A stretch of DNA of 64,000 bases from Tubulanus polymorphus (lineage: Eukaryota > Animalia > Nemertea): contig NC_134027.1 in assembly GCF_964204645.1 (NCBI RefSeq), positions 4,186,485 to 4,250,484 of the forward strand, in the 5' to 3' direction. Both the position numbers and the translations under genes were made by a program. Shown here in pieces: positions 53,901 through 64,000 of this stretch (positions are counted from its first letter, which is position 1; the number at the start of each line of letters is the position of its first letter). A model generated the notes under the pieces. The model made no database searches, was not told where the DNA came from, and was given only the letters and a program-made list of their open reading frames with translations.

Positions 53901-55301
53901 CTGGCTATGAAATAGCTCATATTGTCGACGAAAACATCTGTAGTGGCGTGCCACTCCATTACTGGGGTTCTTAAAGGGGATTACGGAGTCATCTTGCATG
54001 ATCTACCTTTAGAATAAGCGCCACTGATAATCTTATCGACGATCTCCGCAAATCCCATATCCAGCATCTGATCAACTTCGTCGAGAACGATGTATTTCAA
54101 CTTCGTCACGTCAAACGTTCCACGTTCGATGTAGTCGTAAATTCGACCGGGAGTTCCGACTAAAACATCTAAACCATTTCTCATCGCTTGCATCTGAGGT
54201 TCATACGGTACACCTCCGTATATACAATACGATTTCACTTTTGAGCTCAGTGAATCGAAATCATTGCCTACTTGTTTAGCCAATTCACGAGTAGGAGCCA
54301 TAACTAATGCCTGAAATAAGATTATTATTATCATTAAGAAAAGGTAAAATGCAGAGAAATATTACGAGAATCAATAATTCGTTGTTGGAGGAGCTCCATC
54401 TATACCTTCGGTGCTCGTCCTCGTGCTGTGTCGTTCAATTTCTCTAGATGACAAACAAGTGGAATGGCAAAAGAAAACTAAAATTTAAGAAAATTCAAAT
54501 TTGGATTAATTGGTATAAAAAAACTTTCCATGCCCAATCGCAATTGATTTCAACTTACAGTTTTTCCTGTTCCAGTTCCTAAAAAACCATTCGCATAATT
54601 AGATAATTAAATTCAGAAATCTTTATTAGGGTGATATTCTTTTTTCGATAAATATATTTAGGCAGATACTTACTAGCCTGAGCAACAACATCTTTACCGG
54701 AATAGATTTGATTGTAGGTCTTCGACTGAACCGGGAATAAGTATGCAATACCTCTTGCTATAAATAATAACATTACATGAAAATATGATAAAATATTTTG
54801 ATTAGTTGGGATAATTACTGGGTGATAAAAGTATCAATTTGCTTACCCTTTAATTTATTAACAACCGAATCTAAAATTTCAAACTTGCTGAAATCTCCGC
54901 TAGCGACGACTTCTTCATCAACAACTGCTTCCTGAACACGTTTTAAAACTCTTGGTGGACTCTTCTCTTTTTTCAATTTCTTTTTCGTTATTTCCACATT
55001 TTCTTTCAAGTCTACCTCCTCAGGCACGTCATCTGTAGAAATTTGTGATACTTCACCATTTTCTGCTTTCTCCTCTTTCACTATAGGCTTCGATTTATCT
55101 TTCTTTTCTTTCTGAAAAACCGTGCAATTCCAACGAGAGGTGAAAACTGACACTTACACTTAACGATGTACGCACAGACTATACAAAAGAAAACAATCAT
55201 ATTTTTCACACCTTGGATTTCTTATGTTTCTTAGCTTTTTTCTCTTCTTTAGTCCCCATATTTACTTCTTCGATTGGTTTTATGTCTGATATAGCTGGCA
55301 T
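50936..55301 (-). CDS. DDX21: Nucleolar RNA helicase II/Gu (DDX21/DDX50 family), spliced
   Basis: [65 protein letters not shown], a GUCT region and an RGG tail. Lys/Glu-rich N-terminus from the ATG at 55301. Confidence 0.93.
53455..53747. mobile_element. piggyBac-like MITE in a DDX21 intron
   Basis: TIRs CCCTTTCAGTGC / GCACTGAAAGGG flanked by TTAA at 53451-53454 and 53748-53751. Contains an internal duplicated ACACCACGATGCGGTGTAT. Confidence 0.88.
53766..53884 (-). mobile_element. Partial copy of the Tc1/mariner MITE family seen at 36937-37112
   Basis: TTGTATCCGAGTTCGTTATTACGAGGTTCCGCTG-TA and TGGGACAAAT are reverse complements of that element's left end. Confidence 0.75.
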
Positions 55302-56607
55302 TAATATAGTTTAAACGTTACTTAGCGTAGAAAACCAATGTTTTTGATGAGCCAATATTCCCTGTTTGTGTACACTTGGCACACGTGTGAGCAAAAGGTT
55401 GACGTACTAGGAACAGATACGGACTACTGGACCGGACATTTTTCACTACCGGTATTTATATTATCATAATTCATTTTTATGTCGAACGGAATTAACCAAA
55501 AACTGTTGACCCAGAATACATCCGAATTTTTATATATCTATTGGTAAACTCTTTAACACTTAAAATTTTTGCATATAATTCAACTCTACGAACTGTCATG
55601 AATAAATAAATATGTCCATATTCATGCAATTTCTAGGTTATACCCCACTGTGCTTATATACCAATAAAGGATTCAAAAATATCTTATGTATACCCATGTA
55701 TTATGTGTACTCAAAACTACTTTCAAAATTTAGTTGTTATTAGCGGAATAAAATGGGTATTTATATTTACTAAGTTGAAATAGCCTCATCTAAATTTCAA
55801 TTAAAATTCAAATGTCCCAAAAGAGAACAAGACTTCTTCCACTACACAACTTCCTAATTATAACTCGGTTTATGAAGTAATTACACAACAAATATCAATG
55901 TATGTTTGAAATGGAGTCTGATCGATAATAACCTGTGACAGAGATTTGTATGTCAACTCAAAGGTTAGGGCAACATTGCCATTCATCTGGAAGTAGATAT
56001 TTCCCCAAATTTGGCATTATATTCGGACCCTTTTTCTAACCCAAATTGAAAATAAATCTTATGAATTCTATTTATGGTAACGGTAAAATAGCATTTATCA
56101 ATATGGATTTCGTATCTATATTTACCATAGCTAAATTCTGACACATCACTGATGACACATGATAGCTTCGATAAACTGTCGATGAAAGTACATTTCGATG
56201 GACATGAAAGTTTCTTAAGGGAGAGCCATATTTCTGTAGTGGTTTGATCGATCGGGATGCACTTGTATCTGAAAAACACATAAATATAAAATCAAACTAT
56301 AGTTTGGGCTAAAAGGGTAAAGGCCTGTACTAAACATCTGACACTACTGATCATGCGGACATTCGTATATGGGATAGCAAATCCAAATATATCATCACAA
56401 GCTACAGCACATTAAGATCAGAATCAGCAATCAACAAGCCTCTCCATTGTAATTGAATTAGGCTTTTAAATTGGATTGCTTCAAATAAAGGTGTCTTCAT
56501 CTAAATCCCCAATCCCATGATGCAGCAAAAAAAAGTAAGTAAATAGGGTACTTCATACAAATAGAAATTCCTTCAGTCATTTAGATTCCTGTTCCTAAAA
56601 CTACAAT

Positions 56608-56967
56608 GCGATAAAGAGCCTCGAGTTGTCACTTTCCAACTCGACAAGTCGTCATATTTATGTCGACATATCGCGACGTTTTCATGACAAATTTTGCTTT
56701 TTCGCCCATTTTCCACGGGACAAGCCGTCATTTGAAGACACGTCTAAATGTAAGATGAGGACGCCAGTGATATGACGACTGAGTTTCAAGTCGTCATGAA
56801 TATGTCGACTTGTCGCGAGGAAAATGGTCGAGAAAACGAAACATGTCGTCAAAATGTCACGATATGTCGACATATTCATGTCGACTTGATGCGATATATC
56901 GCGATATGTCGACATAAATATGACGACTTCTCGAGTTGGAACGCGACGACTCGAGGCCCTTTATCGC
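56608..56967. mobile_element. Foldback/MITE-like element with ~70-bp imperfect terminal inverted repeats
   Basis: GCGATAAAGAGCCTCGAGTTGTC..AAGTCGTCATATTTATGTCGACATATCGCGA pairs with TCGCGATATGTCGACATAAATATGACGACTT..CTCGAGGCCCTTTATCGC. No clear target-site duplication. Confidence 0.8.
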
Positions 56968-57614
56968 TTCCATATAAAACTCTATAAAGCCCCTATTTCG
57001 CTCTATTCCAGAGTATTCTCTGTTGCCGTCTGGAACTCGTTGTTATGCAATGATATCTTGAAACTAGAATCGGCTCAACGCTAAGCTTCTGAAGGATATG
57101 ATAACTTCCTTACTAATACAAAGTCCTGAATATCAAAATCTGCAAGACTATTTCAAAGTGCGTCCCAACATAATGCTAATAAGCTATAGATAGATTGTCA
57201 TAAGACAGACCGCAATAATATATCGAAATATCAGTCACACCCAAATCGACTTCAATTATCATCGACGAAATATCACGACATTGGTCATAGTCTTAAACTA
57301 CTGATTACAGATCAAATACAGCGCAGAAGAACCATTATGCTCTGATAATTTTGTTGTAACCGTATAAGAAAGGATCAATAAATAATAATTGAAGTGTAAT
57401 TGTAATATGTCAAATTACTCAAAAAGCAAAGTGAAAAAGATTTTTACATACCAACAAGTGCCGTACTGATTGGAGATACACAAGCAGGAGTACTTCGCCA
57501 ATAGAGAGTTGACAGAATACTCCGTGCTTGTCGAATACGATGAATAATCTGATGCATCAAAATAGAGCGTTTTTAGAAAAGAAATAATGGGTAATGCGTT
57601 CGAACGTCCATGTG

Positions 57615-57846
57615 GTTTATTTGAATTGAATTGATGGTATCTCCACATTAAGCGCGATGACTACGAAACGGACGATTTAAGTAATTGCGGAACTATCGGA
57701 CTCGGGCGGGACTTTCATTTTAGTTGACGGAGAACCCGCTTGTCCACGTTATCATAGAACTCACATATCAGCAGCACCCTGGGACTCGAACCTCGAACAT
57801 GGTGGCACGCAAGCCTCAACCAGCATAGCCCCAATCACTGGTTCTG
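57615..57846 (-). mobile_element. tRNA-derived SINE-like element
   Basis: Minus strand has an A-box-like GGGGCTATGCTGG, a B-box GGTTCGAGTCCC, a GC-richer body and a CAATTCAATTCAAAT tail. Confidence 0.55.
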
Positions 57847-58342
57847 ATTCTACTTAATGATACATAATCCTTTTTACTTAAAACGTATGATGTAATAATG
57901 ATGAAAACAAGATAAAATCAACAAAAAACATGTACAAATAATTATGAGGTTTATTTACAATAAAATTACCTTCTATATTATTTACACTACAATGTGTTAT
58001 TTCCAAACTAAAACTAAAATTAATAGAACCCCTTAATTTGGAGCAATAGCAATTATCTATTAATCCGGTTTATTAGAAAAAAATCGGATAAATATAATAT
58101 TTCGCACGTGGACCATCAATAATATCCAGATTAGATCGAAATCTGGACTTACGTGATTCAGAATTAAGTGGGTTAGACTGCGTACACAAACTTGGCACAG
58201 CGGCCACAATCTTTTAGTTCATAAACTTTCTGCAATATCTATGATCAACCAAGGACTGCTTGCATACAGAATTCATACTCCATCACCTGTGAATATCAGT
58301 TTGTTTTCGCTACAGTGGCTACACTGTAGGGGTCAGTTAAGG

Positions 58343-59897
58343 TCAGGTGGTTGGTCTGGGTTTCAGTATAAGCTTTCCGGTCTGAAAGAACAAACATTCA
58401 ACGTTGTACTGGTAATAACCTAGTCCTCTTAACACATTCGACAAGAATAAAAATGAAAACTTACATCATCACATGACATATTGTAGTCTAGTAAAACCTT
58501 CCGACATCTGGATGCAATTCTGTTCATTTGTTAATAAAAATAACTGTTAATCTAATCTGAATACTTACTTTCTAGCGATACAAGTCATTCAGTTAAACTA
58601 GTCCACAGTGACAGGGCATTCAAATTAATAGGCTATTATAGCACCTGTCATGTGGAACCAACTGCCTTCAAGTATTAGGCAAAGTCCATCAGTTAAACGT
58701 TTCAAGAATTTGAAAAATTACTTAAATTATTTACTTAAAAAGTAATTTTTTCTCCATGTCTATTGAATTACTATTTCAAATCAGCTTATCTTTATTCTAT
58801 ACAGCACACTGCTTACAGTTTGAAGGATTTAGCTATACAGGGTCTAAAAAAATGGGTTACCATAGCTTTAATCAATGAAATGAAATTTTTGGAGGGTAAG
58901 GTTGATAGCCCTGGATGTTTGCTCAAGGATGGAATGTTGAAATGCAATCATGAGTCATGCGGCTGAGCGCTAGCATGTTTTTGAATCGCCATTAAAATTG
59001 TAGTTTATGAGTCTTAAAGCTTGGTAACACATTTTCGCATAAGAGAATATATTTATTATCAGTATCAAGAAATAAAGGATACATATGCGGAAGTATAACT
59101 CTTTTATGGATTCCAAAAAGAAATAGAATAATCAATGTCACTGCACTCAGAGCGAAGAATGGATGATACATCAATGACTGTATTAATGATACCTGCAATA
59201 TACATTATATTCATTCACAATTCAAACATTCAAATTGATAAAGGTTGCACTATGTGTTGTCATCAAGTCACTTACTCTAAATGTTTCAGTGTCTACAAGC
59301 CAGTTAACAGCACCGGTTACTGCACAAACACTGACGATAACTAGAATCACTGAAAAAAAGAGAGGGAACCATCACATTGATTAGTGCACATTCTCCAAGT
59401 TGAAATCGTAATTGACTCGACTGTACATTAGGTACATACATCTCCATCGCCCTGTAGCTGGTCGAAGTTGAGCAATAACTTCCGTCAATCTTCTTTCAAA
59501 AGCTTTCAAATCTAAGAAAAATAAAATGAACAATCTGATTAGTGACTCAGAGTGCTGATGGCAGCAGGTAGGTAGTACGTAAGGCGCAGGGGAGGGATCA
59601 GTGGCGCTGGAACTGCAGCGGCGAAAGCCGCAGCAATAATTTACTGAATGACGTTTTCTTTTCTTTGAATACCACATTTTTGAAGAAATAAGGTAAATTC
59701 GCTGCGGCAATATTTAGAACCTGTCCAAAATCGGCATTTGGCCGCGACCATTTCCATCCATTTCCAACGCCCCTGGCCTGCTGGGGATAGTTGAGTTGTG
59801 ACAGAAAAAGGGTTTGAATCGCTGTTAGTTTCTGTATCAATTCAATAATATAATTGAACGAGGAACATACTTTACCTTCTGTTTGTTCTAATGACAT
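58343..59897 (-). CDS. CNEP1R1: CTD nuclear envelope phosphatase 1 regulatory subunit 1 (TMEM188/NEP1-R1), spliced; an upstream in-frame ATG lies at 59936
   Basis: MSLEQTE|[59 protein letters not shown]|[10 protein letters not shown]. Confidence 0.95.
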
Positions 59898-60078
59898 GTT
59901 ACTGTATCGTTGATGAGGTCTTTTTACTGCCGCCATTATTATGAATGTAGTGTCAATATAGTGTGATTTGAATTTGAGTATATTTGTTGAACGTGGATGT
60001 AACTAATAAATTATTCAATTAAATTAATTCTTTATTGTGTGTTTTATTATTCGGGACAGTCGGGCCGTCCGGGGCGAA
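59898..60078. promoter_or_regulatory. Very short bidirectional promoter between CNEP1R1 and the enoyl-CoA isomerase
   Basis: Divergent ATGs at 59897/59936 (-) and 60079 (+). A YY1-like ATGGCGGC lies on the minus strand at about 59929-59936. Confidence 0.6.
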
Positions 60079-61064
60079 ATGTCCTCTAATTTGATAACCT
60101 GTCAAATTCTGCAAGATATTGCCGTTTTAACATTCGATTGTGGTGAAAATAGATTAAATAACGAGTTTATAGAGAAATTTCAGGAAGCATTGAACCAAGT
60201 TGAGAGGTGAGCCTAATTTAATTAACAAAACACTCCTGCCAGTGCCAAGTAAAGAAGGCAATTTAATGTGTCATTTTTTGGAAATAATTAATTACATCAT
60301 TGATGATTATTTTGGCGATTTATGTCATTAGGAATGAACAAGTGAAGGTTTTGTTAACAACTGGGAAAGGAAAGTTTTACAGTAATGGATTGGATTTGGC
60401 ATGGTGTGCTGCTAATCAGAACAAATTAGATGAATTTCAACGAAAACTGACAGAACTCACACGTCGACTGCTTACTTTTCATCTTCCAACAATTGCTGTA
60501 TTGAATGGTACGTTAATTGTGAGGAAGTGAGAATATTATTCTGCCTTTGAATATGTTTTTAGTCTCTATTGTTTTTGCAGGTCATGCATTTGCTGGAGGT
60601 GCGTTCATAGCCATGTGTCATGATTATATCTTCATGAACGAAGACAGAGGTTGGTTTTGTCTCAATGAAATATTCCTTGGATTTCGCCTAGGAGACTTCT
60701 TTCTTTCTTTATTAAAGTAAGTTCAGAGAAAAACTATGTATAAGTTTAACACCAGTTCAATTGGAAATCGCAGTTTTCTCCATTATATAGGTGTAAAGTA
60801 ACTAGCAGTCATACGCAGAGTCAGTTAATGGTTTTTGGGCATCGTTTCACTGCTGCGGAAGCTCTCAAGAATCAGATCATCACTAATCATTTCGCGGTCA
60901 ACAGGTTATTAGAAGAATCATTGAAATATGCAAAACAACTCGCAGCGGAGTTCATAAACTATGATCCAAAAATTTTGAAAGCTATGAAAGAAGATTTGTA
61001 TAGGCCAGTATTATCGAACCAAAATGAACTCACTTTTTCTTCCCATGTTAAATCAAATCTGTGA
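60079..61064 (+). CDS. Crotonase-fold Delta3,Delta2-enoyl-CoA isomerase, peroxisomal type. Approximate exons: 60079-60206, 60332-60507, 60581-60716, 60792-61064
   Basis: GENRLN, TTGKGKFYSNGLDL, PTIAVLN|GHAFAGGAFIAMCHDY..RGWFCLNE, GHRFTAAEA and a C-terminal KSNL*. Confidence 0.88.
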
Positions 61065-62132
61065 TTATGCAAGTGGCGGTTTCAACTGCTACTTTTCCAA
61101 CTTACGAAAATTATAATCAGGGCAACTATTACTGGTATGTAATCTTTGTGTACCTTTATATACATAAGATTTTAAAATTTACTGATAAGAATTTATTACT
61201 TATTAATAATAAAGTATTTGTTAATTGTAAATTCATAGTAATTGTCTTTTGAAAATTTTTACTGTATCCTAGAGATAACAAGAGAGGAATTGACGAATCT
61301 GTGAACAGGAAAACACCTACTAATACTATTGACATAAGATCATGAAAATATAGCATTTTGTATCATTTATTTACAACTTGTTAATAGACTACACATAGAT
61401 ACAAAAGTACTATATGAATGATACATCCATACGGACAAATACATACAAATTACGGTATACAATGGCTTTTTGACTAAAATACTAAAATCAATAAGGTTAT
61501 ATGAAATATACAATAATGACTGGCATAGATAGCAGCATTCATAAGAATACAAAGTGTAGTGAATATTAACGAAAAACTCAAAAAATAGTGCATTAAATTA
61601 CATGTACCATTCCTTGCTAGCCTACTGCTTAAACAAAAAAAAATTGGTCAAAAAACGAGCAGATCAAATGAATATTTGTATAGAAATTTCAGCAGCTGAT
61701 GTATATACATAATAGATGTAGATTGTTTTAAAAATACCTTAAAATCCAACAACTGACAGAGCGATTCCTACGCAGACAAACTAGCAGAATTACCATGTTT
61801 CCTATGCAGAAAATTTCATGACTAGTTAATGAATAATCAACATGAAAAGCTCGAGTTAGATCTAAATTGTTTATGAAGGAATTGTACATTCAAACGGGAT
61901 TTCAAATTAATTTGTTAAATGTTTATTAGTGCAGACTTATTTGAAGTGTATACATGCATATACAATGAGATGAAGTGGACAGAAATTACAGCATATTTAC
62001 ACACAATATTGTAGCGAAAAGCAACAAAACCAATTCTTGCCACGGTTTAACGTTATACATGTATATATAGGAACCTTGACTGATGTCTTTTTTAGTTGCG
62101 AAAACGTGGATGGAATCAATATCAACTGCAGT

Positions 62133-62363
62133 CAGACCCGGGCCGAGTTTTATCGAGGAGCAGTTCTATTTCAAGAAAAATGGCACTCTGTGAAAAGGAA
62201 TAGATCTGGCCTATTGAGAAAAGGACAGATCTTATGGATTACTTTTCATTTTCAAAAAAATTATGTCCAAATTTCGAAATATTTTTACACATTTGACTTT
62301 TTGAAGGCGCAGAAAATTTTAGGGGTTCGCTCGCTACCCCTGAACCCCCTCGGCACGGGCCTG
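62133..62363. mobile_element. Degenerate MITE with CAG-starting TIRs (hAT-like)
   Basis: CAGACCCGGGCCGAG and CTCGGCACGGGCCTG match at 13/15 as an inverted repeat. No clear target-site duplication. Confidence 0.5.
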
Positions 62364-64000
62364 TCATCATTACAATAGCTGCATAGGGTGTACAAGACAA
62401 CAAATAATTAGATAATCTAATGTACATGCAGCCACATGTTCATGTATTCATAGACAGACCCAGGTTTAACCTTGACATATATTAGTTCAACGGTTTATTA
62501 GCCACAAAGAAACCTGTTCGTTATATGTCGAAATATTGAAAAATCTAGACACTTCTGAAGTGATGGGGGTGAAAAACTTCAATAAACATTACGAAATAAC
62601 CGATCTTTGTTTCTTTTAGGAACAATTTATCAAGGATGAATGTATATTCTAGAGAACGATTTCTTTTAATCAACTTCCACTGCCCGACATGACAAGAGTT
62701 CAAACGGGGTTTGTTCATAGAAGATACAGTGCAATAAGCGGAGAGAATGAAATGAAGTTTTCACAGTTATCATATATATTATCTACACTATTATACACAA
62801 ACCATCCTGAGCATATAGAAATATTCACGATAATGCCACAATGAAAGTCAACCGAAAGAAAGCTTCTTCCGTTTCCTTCGTTAAAATCTATGAAGATGAA
62901 ACGTTTAGAAATTAATTTCTATTCTCTAAATTCACAACATCAACGACGATTGACTTAATAATGTTAGAATGTGTACGGAAAAATAATAAAATTGTGATAA
63001 ATAGCAATTTATAATTTTTTCAATCACGTGGGATTCTATGAATTCTATGTAACACATGAAAAAACTTATATCTATTTGAACGCATTTAAAAAATATACAA
63101 CAAGAATCAAATCTCAGTCTAGCATTTCTTTGAAAAAATATCAAACTCAAATACATCAACCCACAAATTTGTTCATTAACTAATCTGATGAGACATGTGA
63201 AATGAGGTAGAACCTGAACTTATTTAGATATACACACAAAATAGTGCTGCTATTTTCAATCATTTCTTTGAAGTTTGATGATAACATTCTATTATTCCAA
63301 TTACAAATATTAACTAATGGATATTATTAGTCGTGCCAAAAAATATTTCTATGATACTCGATGCGATGAGATCAATATCAACAAATATCAACCATGCTGC
63401 CAATACCTAAAACACTGCAAGCAGAAATCTCTAAACTCAATTCATCAATGAGAATAGAATTGATCCTGATCAACCACTGCAACTTCAATCTGTTATTACA
63501 TGTACATTATTAGAAATTTGGGCGTTTTGATTTTGCTTGAAACCTCTTCGGTGACAGGTAAATACATTGTACTTCCCTCAAACAATATTGAATGAAGAAA
63601 ATAATCCAATTCAGGTTGACTACATAGAATATGTAAAATCATTCAAATAATCTTACCCTCACTTTATTGATTAAGTAGTACAAGCTGAATGGGTCTTCAT
63701 GCGTAAAGTATCACAATATGATCTGGACTTATTGGTAAACCACGCACTATTGTTACAAAACCTTTCAAACCAAAGAGCAAACGGAAACTATGAAGATAAA
63801 TCAATAAGTCATCTACCAGCCCTGTCTGATGAGACATGTCTGAACTAATACTATCACTATTTCTAAGAAATATCTTTACGATATCTACATGTCGGTAACC
63901 CATTTTGTGGAGGTGCAGCCATCGTCAATCCCCAGTTTATTCCTGTAAAATTATTGTATTTTCCTGCACAAAATAAAAAGCTGTAGCAAGCATCACATAC

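Noticed and set aside
61300-64000. Short ORFs at the right end of the window
   Set aside because: AT-rich, UTR-like or intergenic sequence with no recognisable coding signal.
1-64000. CRISPR arrays, operons or prokaryotic defence systems
   Set aside because: The window is spliceosomal-intron-rich animal DNA, and no repeat-spacer arrays were seen.

Overview
Compact, AT-rich, intron-containing animal genomic DNA. It looks like a marine invertebrate, possibly lophotrochozoan, but the taxon cannot be fixed from sequence alone. Spliced genes reconstructed by eye, left to right: ATXN7-like (-), THOC7 (+, head-to-head with ATXN7), a secreted PAN/apple+GON protein (-), a TCAF/M60-like peptidase (+) followed by a decayed relic of itself, an orphan class A GPCR (+), an intronless GT31 beta-1,3-glycosyltransferase (-, with a 1-nt frameshift), two tandem SLC7/LAT amino-acid transporters (-), TRIQK (+, absent from the ORF track), CIBAR1/FAM92 (-), DDX21/DDX50 (-), CNEP1R1 (-) and a peroxisomal-type enoyl-CoA isomerase (+). 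MITEs, a SINE and tRNA fragments are interspersed. Most notable: (1) the SLC7 twins are near-identical overall yet differ by charge-changing substitutions in TM3, TM6 and TM8, with patchy intron homogenisation; (2) two GC-rich non-coding segments with strand-specific folding (CNEP1R1 intron 1 and upstream of TRIQK); (3) two U12-type introns, one flanking a 6-nt microexon; (4) vertebrate-like ATXN7-THOC7 and TRIQK-FAM92 microsynteny; (5) a possible mitochondrial-presequence exon upstream of DDX21. Exon boundaries were read manually and may be off by a few bases.
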